Numbered from the stretch's first letter, positions 37,489 through 47,830 are shown. The stretch is DNA of 64,000 nt from Candidatus Thorarchaeota archaeon (GCA_046758445.1 JBHIAE010000010.1:1-64000), one strand, 5' to 3'. Notes: generated by a model from the sequence alone, not told the origin. Numbers and translations: made by a program.

Positions 37489-39288
37489 TTGGCTGAGAAT
37501 AATGAACACAAAACGGTCATCGTTGACTTGGAGGAAGCCGAAAGGGCCGAAGTAGGCGGGCTCAGCAAACTTGAGCGCGCTGAGGCTAGTGGCGTCCTGA
37601 GCGTCAACAATGTTTCAGAAAGATCCCGCATTTGGAATGTCCGAGTACTATTGCCTGGAGGCTCCAAAGGTACTAGCATAACCGAGGATAGTTTCGCTGC
37701 AGGAGAGATTGATGCGGGCGCCAAATGGGAAACCGAGTATGATATTGAAGTAAAGAAACCGATTCTGACTCTTACTGAAACGTATGACACGTGCGGAACT
37801 GTCGATACCACAGAGCCACACTGGGCCTATGTGTATGGCAAGGAGAATCCTGTGAGGATAACTATCAAGGTCAAGAACGAAACAAATGGAGAGATTGACA
37901 ACATCGTCATCAACAAGATAATACCCCCGGAACTCGAGATGTTGAACATCGAGAATGCCAGTTCTGGCTCGGCAGAGATTGATGAGGATACAAAGACAGT
38001 CATCTGGAGGGACTTCGTTGTCTATCCAAAGGAAGAGGCGACGATTCTCATATCTGCCATTGGGACCGTTGAAGACACAGACATCAAGAGTGCCGGTCAG
38101 ATTGTCGCTACATATCGGGGCGAGGGACAGCAAATATCCGTCCTTAAACCTGATATGACGGCTCTGTCTGAGTTCTTGACAGGAATAGAAACTGCTGAAA
38201 CCGAACCGAATCAGTGGGAATGTACCCTAGAGTGCTCCAATGAGAGCGATCTGATGGTTCGACTTGACAAGGCGGAAGTCTATTTGATTCCCGAGGACGG
38301 CAGCGACAAACAAAAGATGATTGATGAAACTCCAAAGCTGGAGATGTCACCGAGCCAGGAGTGGAGCTCGACTTTCGAGATTGAGAGCAAGTCACCTCCA
38401 AAATGCACTCAGGAGGTAGTCTACACTCCCATGAGGACCATCAACAAGAGAGTGCTCGGCACGATAGAGAAGACTCCTCAAGAGGTTCCAGTGATTCAAA
38501 TTGACTATAGGAAGGAGTTCGATCCGCCGGAGGTAAACAGCTTCGACAAGACTCCTGTTGAAGTGACAATTGAGGTAAAGAACACTGGCACCGCTCGAAT
38601 TAACGAATTCATCATTGAAGACAACCTTCCTGACGATGTGATGCCACCACAGGCCGAACATGTCAAAGTCTGGGTCAGAGGCAAGGAGTACGCTGAAGAA
38701 CTTGAGGTGAAAATCGATCCTGATGATCAGAATCCCGAAGTGCCGCACAAGATTACCTTCAGAATCCCAAATCTAAAGGACTCTGGAGATGAGCTCGAGC
38801 CAGGAGACAGCGTGATGGTCAACTATGCCATCATGGCTTGGAGGAGTCGACCTGAGAAGGAATATCCTTCCCCCATACGTTGCTTAGCGAACACCTATCC
38901 TCCTGGACTACCTGTCGAGAGCGCCAGTGCTGAGGATGGACACAAGCTTGGCATTCTCTACAAGAAGAGAAGCATATCCGCCAAGAAGGCCATAAACAAG
39001 GGCGCAGACCCTGGTGAGTACATAGTCGTGCTGGTCATCGAGAACAAAGGAGAGGTCACTGTCGAGAATGTCGAAGTGACCGATTGGATACCCACAGGCT
39101 TCGATTATGTTTCTACTGACCCTGATGAGGAATCACCGATCGTGAGTCCTACGGCAGATGGCACGAATCTGGTCTGGAAATGGACCAGGATGAATCCTGG
39201 TGACAAGAGAAGGGTCAACGTTACCGTCCAAGCTGGCGAAGAAGCTGGTGAGTACGAGCGACGAGAGCCTCAGACCACTTCAGACTAG
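37489..39288 (+). CDS. Acidic multi-beta-sandwich (Ig-like/DUF11-like) protein without signal peptide
   Basis: Repeated V.I.V.N.G...I..D.(L/I)P..F units (VTIEVKNTG, LVIENKG...VTDWIPTGF). Confidence 0.7.
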   Translation: MAENNEHKTVIVDLEEAERAEVGGLSKLERAEASGVLSVNNVSERSRIWNVRVLLPGGSKGTSITEDSFAAGEIDAGAKWETEYDIEVKKPILTLTETYDTCGTVDTTEPHWAYVYGKENPVRITIKVKNETNGEIDNIVINKIIPPELEMLNIENASSGSAEIDEDTKTVIWRDFVVYPKEEATILISAIGTVEDTDIKSAGQIVATYRGEGQQISVLKPDMTALSEFLTGIETAETEPNQWECTLECSNESDLMVRLDKAEVYLIPEDGSDKQKMIDETPKLEMSPSQEWSSTFEIESKSPPKCTQEVVYTPMRTINKRVLGTIEKTPQEVPVIQIDYRKEFDPPEVNSFDKTPVEVTIEVKNTGTARINEFIIEDNLPDDVMPPQAEHVKVWVRGKEYAEELEVKIDPDDQNPEVPHKITFRIPNLKDSGDELEPGDSVMVNYAIMAWRSRPEKEYPSPIRCLANTYPPGLPVESASAEDGHKLGILYKKRSISAKKAINKGADPGEYIVVLVIENKGEVTVENVEVTDWIPTGFDYVSTDPDEESPIVSPTADGTNLVWKWTRMNPGDKRRVNVTVQAGEEAGEYERREPQTTSD

Positions 39289-39306
39289 AAACCGCCCACC
39301 CTCCCG

Positions 39307-39360
39307 CTAGGCAGGGGGCCCTCCCCTTGCCTGGTTGGTCACTTTTCTGTTCTCTTTCTC
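39307..39360 (+). terminator. GC-rich hairpin plus pyrimidine tract between convergent genes
   Basis: CTAGGCAGGGGG-ccct-CCCCTTGCCTGG followed by CTTTTCTGTTCTCTTTCTC. Confidence 0.55.
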
Positions 39361-39366
39361 CGCAGA

Positions 39367-40470
39367 TCATCTATCTTTTGGGACTCTATATCTGTGAACT
39401 AGAAGTGTGAAGTCCTCGTGTTCCAGAGTATGACGCCACAGCTGCTTACACCCACACTCCAACCCTTCAATTGCGGCTTCCTTCTGGTCCAAGGAGAAAG
39501 AACGTATCGCATTGGTGATTACTTCGTCACAACTTCCGCAGTTGTGAGTACCACGTGGCTTTCCAGCCCCAACTGGATCGCACACAATGTTGATTGACCG
39601 GTCAATCTCGTTCCTAGAGCTGTGAAGTACGTCAATGAGTGACCAGAGCCATGGAGGACGGTAGAGTCCTCTTGACCACATTCTCTCAACTAGTGTATGC
39701 TTCTGCACATTGACTGGATTTACAGAGATTGTTGTGACTTCCATCTTCGCTGCGTCTTCAATCGTGCCTTTCGCGTCCAACAGAGCGTCACGTTCTGTCA
39801 GGAAAGGCGGCTTGAGAAGCACATACGCTCTGACACCAATTCCATGCGACCCAGCAATCTTCACGGCACTCTCGAAGTCCTTGGTTTCAAAACCTTTGTT
39901 CACGCATAGAGTTCTGATTGCGTCGTTACTACTCTCAAGACCGATGCCAATCTCAACTTGGCACTCTCCCAGCATACTTCGTATATTTGCCATTTGGTCA
40001 TCTGTTACGAATTGTGGGCGGGATTCCAGCACTACTTCGCTGACTCGATCATCGCCACCAATTACCCGCAGAATCTCATCACGTGCAGGAGTCGGGACCT
40101 CTTCTGGATCGAGGAAACTACCACTTGTATACACCTTTACGGAGAGTGGACCTGTTTCTGAGTCTAGGCTCTTCGCGGCTTCATCAAACTGCTGGATGAG
40201 CTTGTCTGCTGGAACCGCTTCGTGTGATCCATCCAGAATGTAACTGCACATAGTGCAGCCTCCACTATCACCACGTGCATGGCTACATCCAGAAGTTGCC
40301 AAGACCACAGAGAGAGTCGTGCCAATACTTGAGCCAACCCTGCTTTTGGACACCCAGCTGGCTGCTGGTCTTGACAGGTTACGTCTACGGATCCTGTCCA
40401 ACGAACTGCCTCGTGCACTTAGGTTGGCGTCCGCTATTGTGCTGTGCAAAGACTCAGGGATGTGGGACAT
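39367..40470 (-). CDS. Archaeosine biosynthesis radical SAM protein RaSEA
   Basis: GC.......GGCTMC, TSGSFLD, ESRP, GLES, LLKPPFLTE, YRPPWLWS, RGTHNCGSCD; abuts arcS. Confidence 0.92.
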   Translation of the reverse strand: MSHIPESLHSTIADANLSARGSSLDRIRRRNLSRPAASWVSKSRVGSSIGTTLSVVLATSGCSHARGDSGGCTMCSYILDGSHEAVPADKLIQQFDEAAKSLDSETGPLSVKVYTSGSFLDPEEVPTPARDEILRVIGGDDRVSEVVLESRPQFVTDDQMANIRSMLGECQVEIGIGLESSNDAIRTLCVNKGFETKDFESAVKIAGSHGIGVRAYVLLKPPFLTERDALLDAKGTIEDAAKMEVTTISVNPVNVQKHTLVERMWSRGLYRPPWLWSLIDVLHSSRNEIDRSINIVCDPVGAGKPRGTHNCGSCDEVITNAIRSFSLDQKEAAIEGLECGCKQLWRHTLEHEDFTLLVHRYRVPKDR

Positions 40471-42414
40471 CTACTTTCCACGCTCCACCTTGTGCCGTAG
40501 AGTCACCGCTCGGCCTTTGTCAAGTTCACACATCTCTAGGCCCGACATCTCACTTCTGCCAACGGCGGCAACTTGACCGCTCGAGTCAAGGACAATGACT
40601 TCGTCCCCAGGACGGATTCCAGGATCGGCTTCACGAACACCGACAGCAAAGATGGACCCTCCTACAATCTCCTTCCCCTCAAAAAGAACCCAACCTTGTT
40701 TCAACGGTTCTAGCAGACGGCCCCCAGCAAGCGTGAGCGACACTGTGCCAGATTTTGACACATAGGTGCAGACCTGGTAACCGCCTACTCGGCAAGTGAC
40801 TGTGTGATACAGCTTTCCGCGTAGACTTGCCCCCTGAGGAATCAGGAGATCTCCGGCTCCACGGCCAAACTGAAAGTCGGAAGAAGCACGTAGAGTGTCC
40901 TCTAGGTCAGTTCGTTGTTTGTTTGTGATGTCCAGAACCTTGGCCATGTCCTTTAGAGTGTCCTGAAGCTCTTCAAGCGAGGCTCTGCTTGTAGCTGACT
41001 CATCAGGAGTTGTGTAGATGATGCTCTGTGGTATTCCTTCCTCTGCTTTCTTGACAATGTTCATGTACCCTCCCGATACGTGCGCGACAACTACGGTTGA
41101 TTCGCTGAACTTCTGCAGGTGTTCTTCAAGTGCGTGTACCGCAATCTCTGTTTCTTCTGCATCCCAATCACCAGTGACTGGTATATCATATTGAGCAGCC
41201 GGAGGCATTCTCTCAAGCTCTCGAGGGACCACACCTAGTGGTGAAGTCAGAATTGTTTCAGCAACTCTGAAGCGCAGAGACCCAAGTGCAGACTCCACAG
41301 CCCGGAGAAAACGTTTGTGCGACTTTGAGTCCGAGTAGGGCTTTCTGGCTGAGCATGGTAGGAGCAGTACAATCTTCTTGTGTTCCGGAGGGCGATAGCG
41401 CTTGACCACTCTCTCTCGAAATCGCCTAATCATAGGCGAGTTGTATGACTCAGGACCGATCAGTGGGATGGCCCCCCTACCGGTTGTAGGAGTAAACTCT
41501 TCCAAGTAGGAGTAGAGTTCGGCATCGATTCTCCTTAGAAACGCAGCCATGGATGGACTGGCATGAGTCATGGATTCAACAAGCCATCGCAGTTTCCCAG
41601 AGTGCATCGCTTGAGTACACTCCGACATCAGCATCTCATAGACCGCAAGATTGTGTTCAGTAAGGATCTTTGTCATTTGGCAATCAGAATCCAAGTCTGT
41701 TTCAGCAAGAGATACACATGCAGGACACGAGCACAAGCGCAGACTCTTCCATGATCCGATAATCTCGGAGTCCATGCGCCATAGTCTCATCCTTCTCGCT
41801 GCAGCCTCAAAAGCATGTCCGACGTCCAGAATATCAAAACCTAGGTAGTATAGAACAGGCATAGTGTATGGTTCTACCCTTCCGATTGATAGCGCAAGCC
41901 AGTTGCGAGGAAGTTTCCGTCGGAGTAGTACCGATCTGAAGTCGGAAGGCCCAAGGTCGCAATTGAGTTGGAAAGCCGCTGCCTTGAGGCCGAGCTGGTC
42001 GAATCTCCTGAACGCCCTTTCAGCTGCATCAAGATCGAGAGATGATGGTACTCTAAGAATCGTCTGTGAGGGAACAACCTCTGATTCAATCTTCTTGAGA
42101 GTCTTCTCCTGGTACTCAAGCAACTTTTCTCCGGTCTCAATCCCGAGTGATTCGCCTGCAATCATTGAGGGAAGAATCAACATGTCTTCACTGACGAGTG
42201 CTATTTCATTCTCAAATGAGAAGGGTAGAGAAAACACAACTGGATGACCGTCTGTAGCCTTGTCTCGGTTCAGAGTAGAATAACGGATTGAGAGCCTTCC
42301 GGCATGTGTCGGGCCAATGAGCGAGGGAGTAGCAATCGCCGTTTCTCCCAACCTCACAGACCCTACTCTCGCAGGGCCATCGTGACCGCGGTCAATCAAG
42401 AACACACTCAACAA
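40471..42414 (-). CDS. arcS: Archaeosine synthase subunit alpha (TgtA2/ArcS) with PUA domain
   Basis: DGPARVG, LLLPCSARKPYS.SKSH, TSPLGVVPRELE, YDIPVTG.W, C-terminal PUA domain (IRPGDEV). Confidence 0.92.
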   Translation of the reverse strand: MLSVFLIDRGHDGPARVGSVRLGETAIATPSLIGPTHAGRLSIRYSTLNRDKATDGHPVVFSLPFSFENEIALVSEDMLILPSMIAGESLGIETGEKLLEYQEKTLKKIESEVVPSQTILRVPSSLDLDAAERAFRRFDQLGLKAAAFQLNCDLGPSDFRSVLLRRKLPRNWLALSIGRVEPYTMPVLYYLGFDILDVGHAFEAAARRMRLWRMDSEIIGSWKSLRLCSCPACVSLAETDLDSDCQMTKILTEHNLAVYEMLMSECTQAMHSGKLRWLVESMTHASPSMAAFLRRIDAELYSYLEEFTPTTGRGAIPLIGPESYNSPMIRRFRERVVKRYRPPEHKKIVLLLPCSARKPYSDSKSHKRFLRAVESALGSLRFRVAETILTSPLGVVPRELERMPPAAQYDIPVTGDWDAEETEIAVHALEEHLQKFSESTVVVAHVSGGYMNIVKKAEEGIPQSIIYTTPDESATSRASLEELQDTLKDMAKVLDITNKQRTDLEDTLRASSDFQFGRGAGDLLIPQGASLRGKLYHTVTCRVGGYQVCTYVSKSGTVSLTLAGGRLLEPLKQGWVLFEGKEIVGGSIFAVGVREADPGIRPGDEVIVLDSSGQVAAVGRSEMSGLEMCELDKGRAVTLRHKVERGK

Positions 42415-42429
42415 GAGTCACCTTATTTC

Positions 42430-45102
42430 CTAGACAAGAGGCTCGTATCCCGCATATCCCTTCGTATCCACGTCCGTTTCAACCTTCCCCAGAATCTGCT
42501 TGACACTGTCAAGCGCACCGAGCTTGAAGAGGGGTCTGTTATTGTTTCCACACTGATACGAATAGGTGCACAGTGGACAGCCATCAACTGTATTGCAGTC
42601 ACATTTCCCAAGGATTGTTTCTGTTCTTCTGAAAGCCTCATCAAGTCTTGTGAAGAGAAGCTTGGACGCACCGTTTCCCCCTGGACTGCCATCATATACG
42701 AAAATGATCCCAGAGTCCCCCATCGAAACACCACCAATTTCCCTTGTGCTTCCACCCGTAAGCATATCGCTGGACTCTATCACGACATGTTCCAGAGCGT
42801 GGAATGCACCTCCATACAGGTCAGCAGGACCCAATCTAGGGCCCTTGGCGTCAGTCAGCTTTCCACCTAAGTAGTCGTTAACAACATTTGTAGGTCCGGG
42901 GGCTGTGAAGGCAAAGCCTCGAGTGACATACTTGTAGACCAGGGGTTCAGACAGATCAGATCTGCCGACGACTTTCCCTGTTCTGGTTTCCTTCTTCACG
43001 TATCCATACACAGTCTGTGTCATCTCTAGTGCACAGTAGACTACGTTGAGACCCAGGACCTTTCGTTCTTCGATCACCTCCAGTAATCGAGGCATGGTAG
43101 AGTAGAGAGGGCGAGTGTGGACGCTTCGATCCTGGAAGGGGACTATGGTCGCCCTCCCAAATCCAGGTGCATAGCGGAAGTCCACAGACATGTAGTTCTT
43201 TCCACCGTGAAGATAAATCGCCCCTGGATGGAGTTCCTGTGAGGCCATTGGCATGCACCTCTGACCAAGAGTTCGCTCTCCTGACCTTATCTGAACTGTA
43301 TCGCCAATACCACGAATGCTGTAGCCTCTCCATTTCTTCCGAGCTTGATCTGAGTCGGTGACACGAACGCTCCCATCCTCCAAGACGGCGATTATTCCGT
43401 CCTCAGCGAGAGTGTCTAGAATTCGCCTTTGACGGGGAAACATAGAAGCATTCAGTCTTCCAGTCATGGCGGCTGCGATCAGCTGGTAGTATCCGACAAC
43501 TTCATTCTCGGGCTCCATGTATGCTGAATCAATGTCAGTGAAGTACTTCTCAGGCTCGTATCTGTAGAAGGAGGATATCGGGTCTTTTTCGCGAAGAGCA
43601 AGAATGGCTACGCTCTCTTGACCCTTCCTTCCCGCCCGACCCGTCCGCTGAGTAAGGCGTGTAATTGACACAATCATGCTCACGACGCTGTCCAAGTCGC
43701 CGATATCAATACCCAATTCAAGTGTCGGAGTTGAAACGAGAACTTGCAGTGAGCCTGACTTGAATTGTGACTCCACTTGACTTCTGTACTTCTTCGAAAG
43801 CCCGGCACGGTGCACCATCGACTTCAATCCGGCATCACCGAGAAGCATATTGAGGACTTCGGCCTCTGAGTGAGTGTTTCCAAAGACTAAGGTCTTGAAC
43901 CCTCCCTCTCGGAGCCTCCTCACAAGGTCAACAATCATAGTATACTTGCTCCGATCACCGGGATAGAACATCATGAAGTGAATCGGACCTCTCTTGGCAC
44001 TTGTCGACTCGACAAGTTGTACTTTGCTGTCAAAGAGCTGGTCAGCAAACTCCTTGGGATTAGCTATAGTGGCTGATGCGCCTATTTTCTGAAAATGCCC
44101 CGCCTCCATCTCTAGTCGCTTCAGAATGTAGTAGACATTAGAGCCCATTGATCCAGTGTAGAGATGAATCTCATCAAGGACTACGTATTTCACGGTACGC
44201 AGTAGAGGAACAAGACGGGAACCGACCCATCCTAGATGATAGTGTAGGACATCGGGATTTGTCACAAGTATGTCGGGAGGTTTCGAGTAGATCTTCGTCC
44301 TTTGGCTTTGTGACACATCTCCATCGAAGATGGCAACGCTCAGTCCAGAAGCTTCACACATCTCTACGACCTTGTCATACTGGTCGCGGGCAAGCGCCTT
44401 TGTCGGATAGATCAGTAGTGCACGGACTCCAGACTCCATGAAGGAATCCTTAATGGTAACGAGAAGTTTCCTGATTATCGGGAGGATAAATGCCTCAGTC
44501 TTGCCCTGAGCAGTCGGAGCTGCCATGACGACATCTTCTCCCGCGAATATCAGATCGGCAGCTTGATCTTGAAACCTGTAGAGTCGTTCTATGCCCTTTC
44601 CTACGAGAAGCTCTTTCAAACGCGTCGGTATCTTGACTTCATCCATGTTTCTTCCGTATTCGGCATCGGTAGCTGGCATGTATTGATACTTCACAAGGTA
44701 ATCACGCCCGCCATCAAGGAGTGCCCGAACAGAATCACTCAGGTCTTCCAGGGCCATTCCGCCTCTGCTCGCCAGTCTGGAAACCTGTTCATTCGACTGA
44801 ACTCTAGATCCGCGCGGGCGCCTTGTCCTGGAAGAAGTCCTCTGAGAGGCGGCCACAGAACTTCTGGATCTTCTTCCTCTACGGACACTAGACGCCGAGG
44901 GTACTTGGTCTTTCAGGATGGCCTCACTGAAAGCCTCATAGGCATCAAACAGATCCTTGCCGCGGCCAGCCACCTGTAGCTCTGCGTCGCAATGAGAGCA
45001 AACCACTGTCCAGATATGGCTCCCTCTCGGACGGTTGATATGGAGTTTGGAGCCGCATTTGGGGCAGTGAAGAACAGGCATTGATTCAACCCTTCTTGCC
45101 AC
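42430..45102 (-). CDS. DEAD/DEAH-box helicase with DUF1998 (Hrq1/MrfA-like) and N-terminal Zn ribbon
   Basis: APTAQGKT, YPTKALARDQ, DEIH, SAT, LELGIDIG, QRTGRAGR, HALEH, CDC...GCPLC. Confidence 0.92.
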   Translation of the reverse strand: MARRVESMPVLHCPKCGSKLHINRPRGSHIWTVVCSHCDAELQVAGRGKDLFDAYEAFSEAILKDQVPSASSVRRGRRSRSSVAASQRTSSRTRRPRGSRVQSNEQVSRLASRGGMALEDLSDSVRALLDGGRDYLVKYQYMPATDAEYGRNMDEVKIPTRLKELLVGKGIERLYRFQDQAADLIFAGEDVVMAAPTAQGKTEAFILPIIRKLLVTIKDSFMESGVRALLIYPTKALARDQYDKVVEMCEASGLSVAIFDGDVSQSQRTKIYSKPPDILVTNPDVLHYHLGWVGSRLVPLLRTVKYVVLDEIHLYTGSMGSNVYYILKRLEMEAGHFQKIGASATIANPKEFADQLFDSKVQLVESTSAKRGPIHFMMFYPGDRSKYTMIVDLVRRLREGGFKTLVFGNTHSEAEVLNMLLGDAGLKSMVHRAGLSKKYRSQVESQFKSGSLQVLVSTPTLELGIDIGDLDSVVSMIVSITRLTQRTGRAGRKGQESVAILALREKDPISSFYRYEPEKYFTDIDSAYMEPENEVVGYYQLIAAAMTGRLNASMFPRQRRILDTLAEDGIIAVLEDGSVRVTDSDQARKKWRGYSIRGIGDTVQIRSGERTLGQRCMPMASQELHPGAIYLHGGKNYMSVDFRYAPGFGRATIVPFQDRSVHTRPLYSTMPRLLEVIEERKVLGLNVVYCALEMTQTVYGYVKKETRTGKVVGRSDLSEPLVYKYVTRGFAFTAPGPTNVVNDYLGGKLTDAKGPRLGPADLYGGAFHALEHVVIESSDMLTGGSTREIGGVSMGDSGIIFVYDGSPGGNGASKLLFTRLDEAFRRTETILGKCDCNTVDGCPLCTYSYQCGNNNRPLFKLGALDSVKQILGKVETDVDTKGYAGYEPLV

Positions 45103-45229
45103 CTCTCAAAGGTCAACTTATCAAAGTTTGGCAGAAGGGAAAGTAGTTTCACCGCGCCATAGCAAGCTTTTTAACGATTGTGCAAGATGCTTGCACAGTC
45201 GCTCTCAATCGCAGGGAGATGAAAGTTAC

Positions 45230-45586
45230 ATGGTTGAAGAGATTAGTGCCGACCGGATAGATCAGGTCGTAAATGAGAACAAGCTCGTTTTCGTGGATTG
45301 TCATGCCGTTTGGTGTGGACCGTGCCGCACTCTATCGCCTCTTCTTGAGGAACTAGACGGCAAGTATGGAGAGAAGGGCTTCAAAGTCGTGAAGCTAGAC
45401 GTCGACCAGAACAGAGACTTCAGTATGGAGAACAGAATCACTGGAGTTCCAAGTGTCTTCGTCTACAGCGAGGGCAAGCGCGTCGTTTTCGATGATGGCC
45501 GTGGAAGTAAATCAGATAGACTGATTGGAGTGATGCCTCCAGAGGTATACACTCAGATCATAGAAGAGCTCCTAGTAGAAGCATAA
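45230..45586 (+). CDS. trxA: Thioredoxin
   Basis: WCGPC active site, GVP cis-Pro; start trimmed to MVEEI. Confidence 0.93.
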   Translation: MVEEISADRIDQVVNENKLVFVDCHAVWCGPCRTLSPLLEELDGKYGEKGFKVVKLDVDQNRDFSMENRITGVPSVFVYSEGKRVVFDDGRGSKSDRLIGVMPPEVYTQIIEELLVEA

Positions 45587-45718
45587 TTAGTCAAGTGTTA
45601 CACCGTACAGATTCTTCATCTGTATCATGGGAACTCGACTTCTTCTGGATTCAGGGATCTTTGCAGCAAGATTCATAGCCTCCTTCTTGACTGACGCTTC
45701 GTCTGGGAAGAGATTGCC

Positions 45719-46087
45719 TTGGTCAGAGATGTCGGCATAGACAATGTTGAACATGCAGTAATGCAGGCAAAAGTGACGCTCGTCGATTGTTGGGCCCCGT
45801 GGTGCAGACCGTGTCTAAAACTATCGCCCATCCTAGAGGAGCTGGAAGAGAAGTATGCTGACAATCCAGATGTCGCCTTTCTGAAGATCAACGTTGAGCA
45901 ACATCAAGAGTATGGTACTCGGAACAGAATCTATGCGATACCCTGTGTATTGGTGTTTTTCAATGGGGAGCCTGCGCAGTTTGAGGACCCAAACAGTAAG
46001 CAGAGTGGTAGTTTGACGGATCGGCTTGTTGGACTTAGATCGATTGAGCACTATGAATCCGTCATAGAGCAACTATTGGGCAATTGA
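45719..46087 (+). CDS. Thioredoxin paralog
   Basis: WAPWCRPC, AIP cis-Pro. Confidence 0.92.
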   Translation: MVRDVGIDNVEHAVMQAKVTLVDCWAPWCRPCLKLSPILEELEEKYADNPDVAFLKINVEQHQEYGTRNRIYAIPCVLVFFNGEPAQFEDPNSKQSGSLTDRLVGLRSIEHYESVIEQLLGN

Positions 46088-46169
46088 ACCCCCCGCCCCA
46101 TTTCACCTGATGTTTTATATTCCTCTTCGCAACAACGGACTAGGACCAGAGTAAGTTGAGGTAGCAAGA

Positions 46170-46694
46170 ATGCCGATTCTGCCTTTTGGAGACAAGAACC
46201 CAAAGATTGACGAGAAGGCCTACATAAGCCCTCAAGCAACTATCGTTGGCGATGTCGAGATAGGCGCAGGGGTGAGTGTTTGGCCAGGCGCCGTGATAAG
46301 AGGCGACCAAGCCGCAGTTAGAATAGGTGAAAACACCTGTATTCAGGACAGTGTTGTGGTCCACGCCCACAACGAGGACAACCCAGCCATCATAGGGAAT
46401 CTAAGTGTCATGGGCAGCACCTCCGTTATCCACGGCGTGTACGTTGGTGACTCCGCAAACATTGGTGAGGGATGTGTTGTCTTTGATGGAGCAACACTTG
46501 GAGAAGGTATAATGCTTGCACCAGGAAGCATAGTCCCACCGAATATCGTCATACCTCCAAGGAGTCTGAACTCCGGAGTCCCTGCATCTCAGATACGTGA
46601 GCTCTCTAGAGAGGAGGTTGAGAAACAGTCTGCCAGAGCGGAAACAATCGCTCAGGTGTTTCAGAAACTGAAGAGATGGCAAGGAATACCCTAG
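46170..46694 (+). CDS. Gamma carbonic anhydrase-like hexapeptide-repeat protein
   Basis: A.IVGDV.IG...SVW.GAVIRGD, IQD; one Zn-binding His is missing (MGSTSVIHG). Confidence 0.9.
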   Translation: MPILPFGDKNPKIDEKAYISPQATIVGDVEIGAGVSVWPGAVIRGDQAAVRIGENTCIQDSVVVHAHNEDNPAIIGNLSVMGSTSVIHGVYVGDSANIGEGCVVFDGATLGEGIMLAPGSIVPPNIVIPPRSLNSGVPASQIRELSREEVEKQSARAETIAQVFQKLKRWQGIP

Positions 46695-47830
46695 ACAAGA
46701 GTTTCCCTTGCAACCGCGGAGAGACTCTCCACACCACTTGCTGTAACTAGAAGCACATCTGCAATCTTGATGGCACCAATCTCCGGCAAGTAGCATGAGG
46801 GATGAATCGAAAGAACCATTCCCTGCCTGAGCGAAGCGTCACACTCAGAGTATATGAGTGGAGGTTCCTGAAGATCAAGCCCTATTGAATTGCCAATAGG
46901 CTGGAGAAGACTGTCCGTAGGAACCCTCTTGCGTATCTTCTTCATTATCTTGCCATAGACATCTGTTACAGGGACACCTGGCTTCATGGTTCCCTCCGCG
47001 GTCTTATAGACCTGAAGCATTCCTTCGAACAGCTTCTGTTGGGCCTTGCTAGGCTTCCCGGTATGAAGAGTCCGTGCCACTTCGGCGAAGTATCCTGCCT
47101 GGCTGACTGTGATGTCTATTGTAACGAGTGCATCACTACCTATTCGACTTGCGCTAGAGGGAACAAAGGGGAATTTCGCGTGGTTTCCAGAAAGTACTGC
47201 GGCCCTGATACCCCTAAGCTGACCACCAGCGGCCCTCATAGCGGCCTCGATCTCAATTGATGCTTCATCTTCTGGCTTTCCGGGAACTACAATCTCCAGA
47301 GCCGTCCTGATTCCAATGTCTGCAATCTTCGCAGCTTGTCTAATGGCCTCTATCTCTGCTTCGTCCTTGACCTGTCTGAGTTTCCACAACGCGGATGAGA
47401 AGTCCTTGAACCCAGCTCCTGGGAGCACGGTCTTCAGGTAGTCGAATTCCTTGACAGAGATTCGATCCTGTTGGAGTCCAATCATCCCAGAATCCACTCC
47501 CAGTTCCTCAAGGACCTGGACTACAGAGTTCCAGAATGATGACCTGCGGTAATGTCCCCACTCGTTGTCATACTGGTCATCTATGTGCTGCACAGCGGCC
47601 ATGACTGAATCTTGACCTAGCGCCTCTTCCTGCAATCTTGACAATACTAGTTGAGATTGACGCCCCTCAACTACGACACAGCCTACAGGTAAAGCACTTA
47701 GCGGACTCTCGTATCCTGTGAAGTAATGAACATCTTGTCTTCTCGTAACTACCAAGGCCTCAATCTGCTCACTCCTCATTGAGCGATAAGCTCTCTCAAG
47801 TCGTTGCGGTGTGAACTGCATTCTTGGCAT
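46691..47830 (-). CDS. M24B (Xaa-Pro peptidase/creatinase) fold protein with substituted metal ligands
   Basis: Creatinase N-domain (YFTG), RQVKDEAEI, pita-bread fold; GNSIGL, IHP and IAD instead of GHGIGL, IEP and IED. Confidence 0.85.
   Translation of the reverse strand: MPRMQFTPQRLERAYRSMRSEQIEALVVTRRQDVHYFTGYESPLSALPVGCVVVEGRQSQLVLSRLQEEALGQDSVMAAVQHIDDQYDNEWGHYRRSSFWNSVVQVLEELGVDSGMIGLQQDRISVKEFDYLKTVLPGAGFKDFSSALWKLRQVKDEAEIEAIRQAAKIADIGIRTALEIVVPGKPEDEASIEIEAAMRAAGGQLRGIRAAVLSGNHAKFPFVPSSASRIGSDALVTIDITVSQAGYFAEVARTLHTGKPSKAQQKLFEGMLQVYKTAEGTMKPGVPVTDVYGKIMKKIRKRVPTDSLLQPIGNSIGLDLQEPPLIYSECDASLRQGMVLSIHPSCYLPEIGAIKIADVLLVTASGVESLSAVARETLV

Noticed and set aside
39367-42414. Radical SAM + TGT-like pair as a DNA deazaguanine modification (dpd) system
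   Set aside because: The motifs and PUA domain identify tRNA archaeosine synthesis (ArcS/RaSEA)
42430-45102. DUF1998 helicase as a DISARM/Druantia component
   Set aside because: No partner drm genes or adjacent methylase; it looks like a stand-alone Hrq1/MrfA-like repair helicase
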